Below, piece after piece: positions 23,630 through 35,100 of a stretch of DNA of 40,299 nucleotides. The position numbers were made by a program, and so were the translations under genes. The notes below the pieces were generated by a model, which was not told where the DNA came from, searched no databases, and saw only the letters and a list, made by a program, of their open reading frames with translations. The DNA is taken from assembly GCA_043381765.1 (NCBI GenBank), contig JBHJMP010000296.1:1-40299 (forward strand). The letters run 5' to 3'. Every line of letters starts with the position of its first letter. Positions within the stretch are counted from its first letter, which is position 1. This stretch comes from Collodictyon triciliatum (Eukaryota).

Positions 23630-25493
23630 ATGTCGGAGCATCAAAAACAGCTGGACGAATTGAAGAAGCTGCCGATCGATTTCCGTTCGAAAGGCAAAAA
23701 GCAAGAATTAGAAAAGTGCACATTCTTTAGCATCAGCGGGAGGCATGTGCAGATGGCTCTGGTTGGCATTTTCGAGCTCAGCTGCTTGGTTATTCTCGAA
23801 CTTTACAACAACCTATTATCCCATTTACCGCCTGAAATATCAAAATTGAGTCGCCTAGAGTTATTGGATATTTCCCATAATCAGCTGGCGTTTTTGCCTC
23901 CTCAGATTAATAATCTAACTCGCCTTCGGATTCTCAATGTGAATAGCAATAAGCTTGTCACACTTCCTGTCGAAATATCAGGGCTAAAATGCCTCGAACT
24001 CATCGATGCATCCAGAAATATCATTATTCATTTACCACCCGAAATATCAGCCTTGGGGGCCCTTACACAACTGAATGTATCCAAGAACAGTCTTGGTACA
24101 TTGCCTCCTGAAATATCAGGATGTAGAAATCTCCATGTTTTTGATATTTCAATGAATCAATTCTCGTCCCTACCATCTTGCATATCAGGGCTTATATCTC
24201 TCAAAGGCTTTGATCTGTCTCAAAACCAACTATCGAACTTGCCGCCCGAGATATCAGGATTAACACAACTCGAAATACTATTGATCCAGTCAAACAAGAT
24301 TTCAATGTTACCACCTGAGATATCAGGACTAATTCAAGTTACCAAGCTTTGCATTTATGAAAATCGGGTATGTTTCATTCGGTTTTTTATCCTTTTTTTT
24401 TTTAAAAAAAAAAAAACGCGAATTTTTCACAGCCCATTGTTCTTAGAATTTGTAATATGACAGATTGAGGAGCTCCCTTTGCAAATCACAGCCCTTACAA
24501 ACTTATCAGAGTTTCAAATTGAAATGTTAAGGAAGCGCAGCATAAGGACAGCTCCTCGCGGAATCACAAATCTGCCTTGCTGGAGCAATAAAGAGAATGA
24601 ATACTTTGGAACAACAAGGAGCGTTGCAGAGGGAATTAATGGGCTCTGTCTCTATGATTATGTTGGTTTTCATTAAATGATACCATAAATCCAATAAGAT
24701 CTATTATCGCATCAACAAAAACGCCAACATCCCCACCATCATGCACAAAATTGAAAGACAGAATAAAAATATTTTTTCATCAATAAAAACATATCAAACC
24801 CTATAGAATGAGAACATGGTGGACACTTTGTGGATTCCAGAGGCAAATGAGATTGGCTTTCAAGGATTAAGTTTTTACAGAATGAGTCTCTTCGAATTGC
24901 CCAAACAATTGAAGCTTCTTACAAATATTACTAGTCTATGTCTCAGGAAAAATAATGCAAGTTCTTAGATGATATCAAAAGACTAATCTATTTTATCTAA
25001 AGATGTTATGTGTTATATTCGATATGAAAGACTACTAACTGAACCGCAGTTTATTGAATTTCCCGACGTATTGCTTTGCATGACCTTGATGGTGAATCTG
25101 GATATCTCCCACAACAAGGTTAATCTCCATACACTTCCTTTTGATTCATACGCATATCAATTTATTTATTTATTTAAAATTTGGATAATTTACATTAAAA
25201 ACAGTGCCACAAAACCTCAGATAACAGCTATTCCCAACGAAATTAACTGCCTGTCTAACCTTAAAGTATTAGACGTCACATATAACAGGGTATAATTACC
25301 TATAATTACCTTCAATATCCATCAACCCATATTGAAAAGTCTCATCATATCATAGGTCAGGCAATTGCCCTATTTCCATGCAACAGCCTCGACGAGAAAA
25401 AGAATTGTTCAAGCCCCGGAGAAAGGCTCTGCCAGGAAGGCCTCCCGATTTGAACTACAAAACTGGTCCATCCTAGATGATTTCTCAGACTAA
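23630..25493 (+). CDS. Leucine-rich repeat protein (23-aa LxxLxLxxNxLxxLPPEISG repeats)
   Basis: Exon 23630-24367 carries ~9 regular LRRs; further LRR exons at ~24464, 24807-24956, 25050-25118, 25221-25289; last exon 25356-25493. Confidence 0.85.
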
Positions 25494-26288
25494 GATGCGC
25501 AGCAATAAATAACAGTATTGGGAATAAGTTCATCTTCGAGCCTCTCATTTGGACACGTAAAGGCCATATAAAAATATGTATCTGACAGATGAATCAACAT
25601 GAAACACGATTAATAATATTCGGAATAATAAGAATTGATGCTAATTAGGGTTTAAATATACCACCATAAGTTATCATTTGGTCAGTTTATTCATAGATCG
25701 ATACATTTTAATTTAATGTGCGCTCGTATTATGCCGCAGAGTTTGTCCCTGTGGAGTGATGATACTCAACCTGATTTCCTTCATATCATCGGACTATCAT
25801 CACAAAAAGACCATTTTACGTAGAAATTTGGACAAAAAGATTTGATTGGCTTTACTTGGAGCTTATGAACGACTAGAGGGCTGATATGTAGCGAGTTCTA
25901 TCTTAATGGGCCATAATTTTTTTTTTAATCAAAGAACGAGTTTAGTTGTATCCGCAAGACGAATCTGGATTATTTCTGGAGCGTATACAAGATCTTTCAT
26001 AAACCAGATTTAACTCCCATATCCTATTCAAATCTCTCGCGATTTTATCAGGGTTTCAAGCACTCATCTTCCCCTCCAACCACAATATATAGTTTATGGG
26101 TGAATGTGCAGGATATGTAAGTCTTTCGTTTGAACAGAGCATGTCGAAATATTTTTTTTATAAGGTATCGAGGTCGTAGATTTTTATTATTGTTATTGCT
26201 TTTGTTGCTACTTCCTTCTTTCTTTGATTTGTCTCATAGTTGTTTTCAATAGCCAAAAGTTAGAAAAAAAAATAAACCAATTATTTGC

Positions 26289-29116
26289 TCAAGCACTTGC
26301 TCTGTTCAAAAAAACAAAGAGCGATTGATACAAATCCATCGTTGGTGCGTGATTGGTTCTATCCATTACAACCTTACAGTCTGATATGATGCATTTCATC
26401 TCTACAGAAGTCATGAACAGCCCAGAGTAAATTAACTAAATTCCCGATTGTAAGTGTTTCGGCATGTATTTTCTTATTTTTTTATAAAAATACATGTGCG
26501 TATATTAATTTGTTAACCTCTGCATAAATATCATTAAACATTAAGAGTTAAATTCCAAAACTTACGCAGTTACGTAAAATCGTTCCTATATCATAAAGGG
26601 TTTCGGTGGATAGATTCGGGGTCTTCAAAACCTTCGATGATTTTGCAATAATGTTGGTACTTTGAGTCGAGTGATTTTCAAAGCTTCAAAATAGAAAGAA
26701 ATGAAAGAAAAAATGAAAGAAAAAAATGAAAGAAAAAAACGAAAGAAAAAAACGAAAGAAAAAAACGAAAGAAAAAAACGAAAGAAAAAAACGAAAGAAA
26801 TAAAAGGGAAATAAAATAAAAGTTTGACCAGTGGTGATTGAGAAATATTTATGTAAAATGATAGCGATTATACTTTTTGAACTATGCAGACAATTCTTTT
26901 TATGCTTTCATCTCGGCTTTCTATCCCATTGGCGGTTGCAAAGTTGCTAGACAAGCTTATGGAAAGAACATATTTAATCTTTTGAATGCACTCAGAAAGC
27001 TATGATAGTTTTTGTATACTTAAAGAACAATGGCAAGACGACATCCAGATGTTGACTCGTAAGTGACTTTGAAATGAATGAATTGGACAAATCGACAATC
27101 TAAATACCAATATTTTCTCTTTTAGTGCATAGTCAGTTCTACAATACAAACAATTCCTACCTTAGCTGTGTGTCGGATGATACTCTGGAACAATCTTTCT
27201 GATGAGAGTATATTCGTAAGTGTGCGAATGTATAATTCAAGATATTGCGAGCTTGGCGACTCCAAAACAAAATAGTGTATAAATTCCTCAGTTCTAGCAA
27301 GAAAATGGGAGGATGTTATCGCTCCATGAATATCAGTGAATTGTGCCAACCAACCGATCAGTGAGATTCCTGCATGAAATGGTGCAAACTGTTCATTTAA
27401 AATCATAAAGTCAACTGAAAAGGTAAATTCTTATTACGCACAGCGATACTTGACGACCAAATTCTGAATTGAACGCACACAGAAAGAAATGAGAAGATGG
27501 TACCTTGAAGAGATAACGACAAAGGCCACATACTAATTTTATTTGTCAATCCCAACAATTTTATCAATTCTTCTGAGGGCGGGCGGATTATTTTCGCAGA
27601 CGAAAAGTGGGTATTTTGTAGTATCCACAGTTCGTCTTGTGTAAGTTGTGACTCCGACTGTTGGAATTTTATCATTTATGTTAAAATCGCAGGAAAATAT
27701 ACAATGAAACGGTTTAAAGAAAACTCTAAATATATCGTACTGGAATGTTTTCATTTGCTTCGACGATCAAACTTATGTCTTTATCCAAGTGAATTCGAGT
27801 GTCTATTCGCGGTGCAAAAGTGGTCTAAAAATATACTCTCGTTAACATGGATACATTCATTCGCTTACAAGAGACTTTTTACGAGAAAATGATATACCGT
27901 TCGCTTCGGAACCAGACGATGCATTGTAAACCGTGTGACCATATGTTTCTGGAGTATACATTACATACAAGAAAATGGAGATATTAACACTTTCATTTTT
28001 TTGAAACAAGCGCGATCAGTATAAATCTTATTCATTACCTGAGAGCATCCGCCTGTAGAGGCCGTAAAACCAACCCAGGCATAAGCCGGAGGTTGTCCAT
28101 TAAATTGAGTTGAGGACAAGACCATATCATCAGGGTCGTGCAAATCCAAAATTCGAGGCATATCAACTGCCACGCTTAATACTGGGGCTTGGTTTGAGTC
28201 GATGTAAATAGATAATTCATTATTCCAGTAAACAACAGATACATTATGCGGATTATTGTCCGCAAGCCTTGGAATATTTTCATGAACCTAATATAGTTTT
28301 TACCAACATTTACACAGATTTCTACACGGTTAGACATTTTTTGTATATGAATGGAGAAATACTAAAAAAACGATAAACAAAAGTAATTTACTATTTACGA
28401 TTACATTCGGAGAGGAAAATATATTGACAATTTGATGTATAAAATAAAATTGAGAAATTATATTTTATTGAAAATCGAGAAATTATATTTTATTGAAAAT
28501 CATACAATTCCCAATGATGCATAATGTTCGGCAGTATTAGAGTCCCTTCCTCTCGTATTTACTGATATGTGATTATCATTTGGGTCTTCATACTCTTCGC
28601 CCCAGTTACAAGAGTCAAATTCCACAGCCAAGCTTTAAAAAAATAATATTCAAATGTCTTGAGAAATCAAGCTTATTTTTCTGGTATTATAAAATTTAAG
28701 AATATGCGTGGATCACGTTTACCTATTTTTTATGCATCCGTATCCGAGCTGACTTCCTCTGTCTCCTATCTCTTTATCTCCGCTATTTTGTACTACAAAC
28801 GCCATTCCGTCCGCACCACCACTCATAATAAATGTAAATTCAGCTATAAATCCTTCACTCACATCAATTTTTTTCTTCCACCAAGCTGAACCAACCTTAT
28901 CAGAGAGTGCTTCTGTCAAAAGCAAAACATCTTCTTCATTTCTTGCAAGTATCTGTGTTGAGTAAGTGCAATTTTTTAGTAGTAATTCATAAGAAAGTCC
29001 TTCTTCAAAGTGAATTCCCTTCTATGAATAAATTTTGAGGTATACCCTTGCAAATCCATTTACAGACCACATTGGTTCCATTATAAGCCTGCTTGAAGAT
29101 GCCTCTATAATAGAAT
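26289..29116 (-). CDS. L-type (legume-like) lectin domain plus unassigned C-terminal region; 3' part of the giant gene, or a separate gene
   Basis: Spliced WSVNGFAR-..LLLTEALSDKVGSAWW..FTFIMSGGADGMAFVVQN..LGYG..-SLAVEFDSCNWGEEYEDPNDNHISV..-AWVGFTASTGG; further exons down to a TGA at 26289. Confidence 0.8.
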
Positions 29117-32100
29117 CTAACAAAAATCTGTCATTATTTAGGATTTAAACATACTAGTGATTTTATTGTCAAACGATTTGAGATCTCAATTATTTTTACA
29201 TGCATCTTGTCGCATAGGCTCTGGGATATACGCTTTGAAGGTACGTGTTTCCTTTAGCTCATTCAGTACTTGTGATGCTCCATTGAATTCTTTTGTAGCT
29301 AAATCTGCAATATCGTAAAAACTTGTACATCTTTTATACCAAAGGACCGCCTTATCATGATTTTTCTCGGCAAAAAAATTACTTTCATAAAACGTGCCCA
29401 TAAAAAGGGCAAATAAATGGCCTTGTCTAGTCGACAACTCCTCCAAGACATTCATCATCCCGACAAAATTTGATTCAGCCATTTTTGTAAGAAAATCCCT
29501 CGATTCCTCCTTGTAACAACATATTGCATTCAGGCATATATATTCTGCTTCATTTAGACTGGCTTTCTTGAAAATGTCCATATTATTTTGAATCAACCAT
29601 GTACTCTCCTCGTCACCCAATACAGCTGCTCGAAGATAATATTTGAACGCTTCATTATAATTTTGGGGTACACCTTCTCCAAAATAAAGTAGATCGCCCA
29701 TTCCTTTTGTTGCCTTTACATGATTCTGTTCTGCTGAGAGCTGAAACCAATAATGGCATTGGTCAAGGTCCATTTCTATATTAAGTCCCTTCTTTGCGCA
29801 TAACCCCATGATAAATTGAGCATGAGCATCACCATTCCCAGAGTAAATCACAATTTTTTCATATGATTCGGTGATTTCGATTTCGGCACCAATCCCATAG
29901 TAAAAAACTGCCGACTCGGTGTTAACTCCTGTTCCCCATCCGTTTTCATAGCAATCGGCCAGAGCTGGGATAGATATTGGAAACTTGTAACTTTCTCCGA
30001 TTTCGTAACCATACTGATTGATTCTAGTTTCTTTTTTCCTTTTTGAAAGACTTTTCAGTACTTTAAATGCCCTCTCCGAACCGCCTTGTGCGAGTTGTTT
30101 TAGACGTTCAAAGTGGTTTCTATCGTGTGGAGACGATACTATTTTCCAAAAAATGGACTGTTCTACACTTGGTTCAACGCTCCATCCATTCTCATAGCAT
30201 TCTGCAAGAACAGAGACCGCCATAGGATATTTAATTCTCTCCTGAATTTCATCATCATCCTCATCCTCTTCATCTCTAGATAATCTTGCAAATGCCATAT
30301 TACCTAGGATATCAAAAGCTTCTTTCGACCCTTGCTGTGCAAGTTGTTTTAATTTTACGAAATCTTCGGCCTTTCCAAACATTTTAGCAGCTTTTTTCGG
30401 GGTTTTTTCGACAGCCCATCCATTTTCATAACACTCAGCAATAATTGATATTGCTTGTTTGTATTTGTATGTCTCCCCAATAACCCTATCAAAAGAATCC
30501 AAAACATTTTTACAAACATCAGACATCTTTTTCAGTATAAAGAATGCATCTTTTGATCCTTTTTGTACGTATTGCCTGAGCTTTTCAAAATTTTCAGCAT
30601 AGCCATACCACTTGACTCCTTCTTGTAGATTGGCATCGACTCCCCATCCATTTTCATAGCACTCAGCGATATTATTTTGTATTTGAGGATACTTGTACCT
30701 TTCCTCTTTGTCTCCGCTGTCGTTCTCTACAAATTCTTTCATTTGAGCAACGCCCAGTAGCACTTTAAAGGCATCAACCGAGCCGTTTGTGGCATGATAC
30801 ATCAGCTTCGGAAAATTTTCTGCCTTTCCATTCCATTCCAGTGCCTCACATAAATCCTTCTCTACACCCCAACCATTTTCATAGCAATGTGCCACTACAG
30901 ACGATAATTGGGGATATTTTTCTGTCTCTCTGATTTTTTTACCATAAAGTATCTCATCAATTTTCATTTCCGCTAACGATTTGAGGGCTTTGAATGCCTC
31001 GTTAGAACCCTGCCTAGCCAGAAGCTCCAACTTTTCGAAATTTGAAGAAACTTTGAGGGACTGAATCCACCAAAAATGTGCTTCCCTACTATTTTTCTCT
31101 ACAGTCCATCCATTTTCGAAGCATTTAGCCACCATAGCTGCTTGGAACTCAGAATATTGTTCATTCTTACAGTATGAAATAAAATCTTCGTCAAAGGATG
31201 CTGCGCCTCTTGAAAAAAATATTCTCTTATTTGTGTCACTCAGTCCGACGACATTCTGTAAATAAATTCCTCCTCCCTCTAAAAATCTATGCTCAACTCT
31301 TTGACATATTATTTCATCTACTGGTTCATGAACAGGACTTGTCAACTCATCTGAACACCCAGTTTTGATGTATTTTCTTCCTGATATATATCTTACTTCT
31401 CCTTTTTTTCGGTATCGAAGATTACTCTCATATGTTAGATTTAAAATATGAATAGTCTTTCCAGCCCCGCTATAAGCTAGCCATGTTTCTTCATTTGCAC
31501 TTAGAAAACTGCAGATAACCCTGATATCGCTTTTTTGTTCAAAAATAGTCCTCATCAAGTACCCCGTTTCTGTATCCCAAATACAAATTTTTCCATCGTA
31601 TGCACCAGAAGCAATCCAATTTTCACCATTTGGTCCACAGACCTTGCACATGCTCTTGATAGAACTTTCGTGGCCTTCCAAAACCTTGACTTGAGTGCCT
31701 GAATATAGATTCCAGGCGTAGATTCTGCCATTATCACCCCCGGATACTAGTTGTATCACACCATCCGAATTTTTTACACAGCAAAGACTATTGATGCCAA
31801 AGCATTGCGTTTCAATCGTCTTGATTCTATTCCCAGCGTTAGGGTCCCATATGAGTATTTTATTATCATATCCTCCTGATGCCAGCCATATATCCCCGTC
31901 TGGTCCGTCGATTTGACACACGGAATAGATAGAGGCTGTATGTCCTTTAAGAATCCTGACGGCATCACCAGTTTCCATACTCCATATTATAATATTCTTA
32001 TCGACACCTCCCGAAGCTAGATAAATATCGCCATTTAGAGATTGAAAAAGTAAAAGACTTCTAACACCATCTAAATGTCCCTCCAGTGATTTTTCTTGGG

Positions 32101-35100
32101 TTTGGGCGGCTATATCCCATATTCGAATGATTTTATCATCACCTGCTGATATCAGTCGTTTTTTCCCGTTGGAATTAGAATAAAAGCACAATGCTCTGAC
32201 ATCATTCTGGTGACCCTTCAGTGTTTTGATAACTCTTCCAGTAAGTAAATCCCATAGTATAATAATCTTATCCGAACTCCCAGATGCTAACCAATTTTCT
32301 CCGTTTGGTCCCTCGATTATACATGCACAGTTTGTAAAGTGCATGTGCCCCTCAAGTTTGTTGCAAACAACACCAAGGTTTGCTCCATTCATATTGGATC
32401 CGTTAAGAATAATATCCCTTAATGCTGCATTTGAAAAGTTAACACCCCTCAAGTTGGCTCCAGTCAAGTCAGCACCATCCAAGATTGCATCTCTGAGGTA
32501 CGAATTAGGGATATTAACATTAGAAAGGTCCATCTTGCTGAAGGATACTTTCATGAAATTTAAAAGTTCGATGGCTTTAGATGCTGCTGAATCTTGGCTT
32601 TCAGCTTTTCTTGAAAGATAAACAATATCAAACAGACAAGAAATTATCTGGCTGTAATCTAGTTGCCTGGCCTCGGTGCCTAGGCTAGCACTTATGAATT
32701 CATGGACTTTTGTGAACTCAATCGGTTCTTTGTCGATCCCTAGCTCCTTATAATGATATGATAAAAACTCACATGCATTTAAAATACTAACGTGGTTCCA
32801 ACCTATTTTTTCTGAAAAGTGTTTTATTATATCGACCCAAAAGTCAATAGCCTCTTTGTGCTGTCTATTTTCCATGTATAGTTGATTCAGCTCCTCACAA
32901 CAATTCCAAATTGAAGGGTATGAAATAAATTTCTTGTCACTGAAAAAATGAATGAGCGATTTATACAGTTCTGCAAGAGATGCAACCTCGTTTTTCTGTT
33001 TCTTGAATTTGATCAAATTGATTAATTGTGAGGGTTCTTTGATAGACATCAGTGATTTTGTTGACCTTCGAATAAAAGAGGACTTTTGAAAATATTCTGT
33101 GACCTGGTCCAACCTTGAGAAATTAAAAAATATTAAAAAAGGGTTTCAGACACTTCAAATGAATAAAAAAAAATTGAATATAGTCTACAGAAAGATTATA
33201 TCTAAACAACCTTTTCAGTTCAAAATTAGTTCGGCCTATGTTTTCTAAGGACGATGCATAGTCTGCATGAAGCTCCCCAAGTGTCCTTTTTCGAGCTTCC
33301 AGAGTTTTAGTGTATGAATCTAACGCAACTCTATATCTATAGTATATTATTAGATATTAAAAATCATTGTGAGAATAGAGAGAAAGGTCTTTTAATTAAA
33401 GGTCAGTACTCCTTCATGTCATGGTTGATATCACCAATTAATTCGTGGCAAGATATCACAGCGGGATGATTATCTCCCAAAGTTTCAATAAAGATCGACA
33501 GTGATTCATGCAGTAGCGGAATAGACTCTAGTTTTCTAGTTTTTAAAGCCATATTATAAATCATATTTTACATTAATGAATTTTCGAATTAGATAGTATG
33601 ATTTGAGAACCTATTCTCAGCAATATACACCTTTGCGATGTATAAAATAGTGTGTCCTATTGAAGGGTGAGTATCGCCAAATGATTTTTGAAGTATAAAT
33701 TTTGCATTTTCATATTGCACTCTGGATTCCGCATATCTAAGTAAGCAATAAAAATTCATTTAATGTAGTGAGAAATTAGAGGACGCAAGTATTCATATAC
33801 AATCAATATTCCACTTTTGAATAGATCAACTACTCTTTTAAAATGTTACTTCTTTTCGGCCAAAAGGACGTGACCAATATTTTGAAACGATTGCGCCACT
33901 GACGGATGGTCATTTCCAACTTTTTTCAACCTGATTTCTCTTGCCAAGTAGTATTCTTCTTTCGCTTCATCATTCCTTCAATAATGTATTCATTTGAATC
34001 CTTTTGATTAGATATTTGGAAAGAATAATAGCTTTTGCGAATAAAAAAATGAAAGAAAAAAAAGTGAAGATCATATTATTTAAGGGACGTCATTCGAATT
34101 ACTGCATAGGGTCACCTTCCTTGAAGTAAATATATATCTCCGAAGCGGTCGTGAGATAAAGCTATTTCGAAACTGTTATCATCGTGATGTTTTCTTCGTA
34201 ATTCGTAAGACTTTTGATACTCCAACATAGCCTCGGTCAACCTATTGAAATAGAAATTAATCCAATATATATAATAATATGAACTCTATGCACTTACTTA
34301 TTTTCCTGTTGGTATATATATCCGATTTCTTCGTGAATCGCAGCAAGCGAGCTTACGTTTTCACAGGCATTTCTCTCGTTAATGTGCAAACATTTTCTGA
34401 AATAGTAAGCTGATTCCATCCAACTAGGATTTATGTAAATAAATAAATTATTATCCGTGTTTTTTTTTTGAAAAATTTAATTCGTGGTGAATCTTACTTT
34501 TGTATATTCTTGTATACTTTCCCGAGTGTCAGATAATCTTCAGACTTTGATTCTATCCATATTTACTAGACATTAGGGATTATTGCAAGGAAATAGTAAA
34601 TATTTAATTCATTTTTGTATAATAAACCTTCGGTTAGCTTTTTTCCGATTCTTTGGTTGATGTTCGATATGAGAAATGTATTTTCAAAACTCTCCAAAAA
34701 GAACTCGATTAGCATATCACCAACTCTTCTTACAGACTACATTTATTCCAACTATTAGTATAATATTATAATTAAAAACATCAAAATAGACTGACCTTTA
34801 CGAGACTGGAGTATACTGTTTTGCTATTCGCTACAGATTTTGAATCAATCATTCTCCAACAATAAAAGAACTCATACCGATAGCGCCCACCCAACATCAG
34901 CACTACAGCCTGCAAAAAATTTAAATTGATATAATTCGTAGGTGAAAAAAAATGCATAATTGAGTCAAACGTGCTCTTGTTTGAGATACTCCACTAGTAA
35001 TTCGAAACATTCTCCCTCAAGTAGTTGATGGCAAATTTCTGCTGCTAGTTCCTCATCTACATCAACAGCTTCTGAGTATTGGCTGAAGAGCCATTTTCCG

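Noticed and set aside
25757-25803. GTGATGATA..TATCATCAC hairpin with C/D-like words
   Set aside because: Only a 9-bp stem, and the C-to-D spacing is too short for a snoRNA; compatible with chance.
28452-28501. 25-bp tandem duplication in a lectin intron
   Set aside because: Ordinary AT-rich slippage duplication with no sign of function.
29186-33112. Large ORF as bacterial contamination or a stand-alone gene
   Set aside because: It has no ATG at its start, is preceded by a splice acceptor and continues the TPR array of upstream intron-containing exons.
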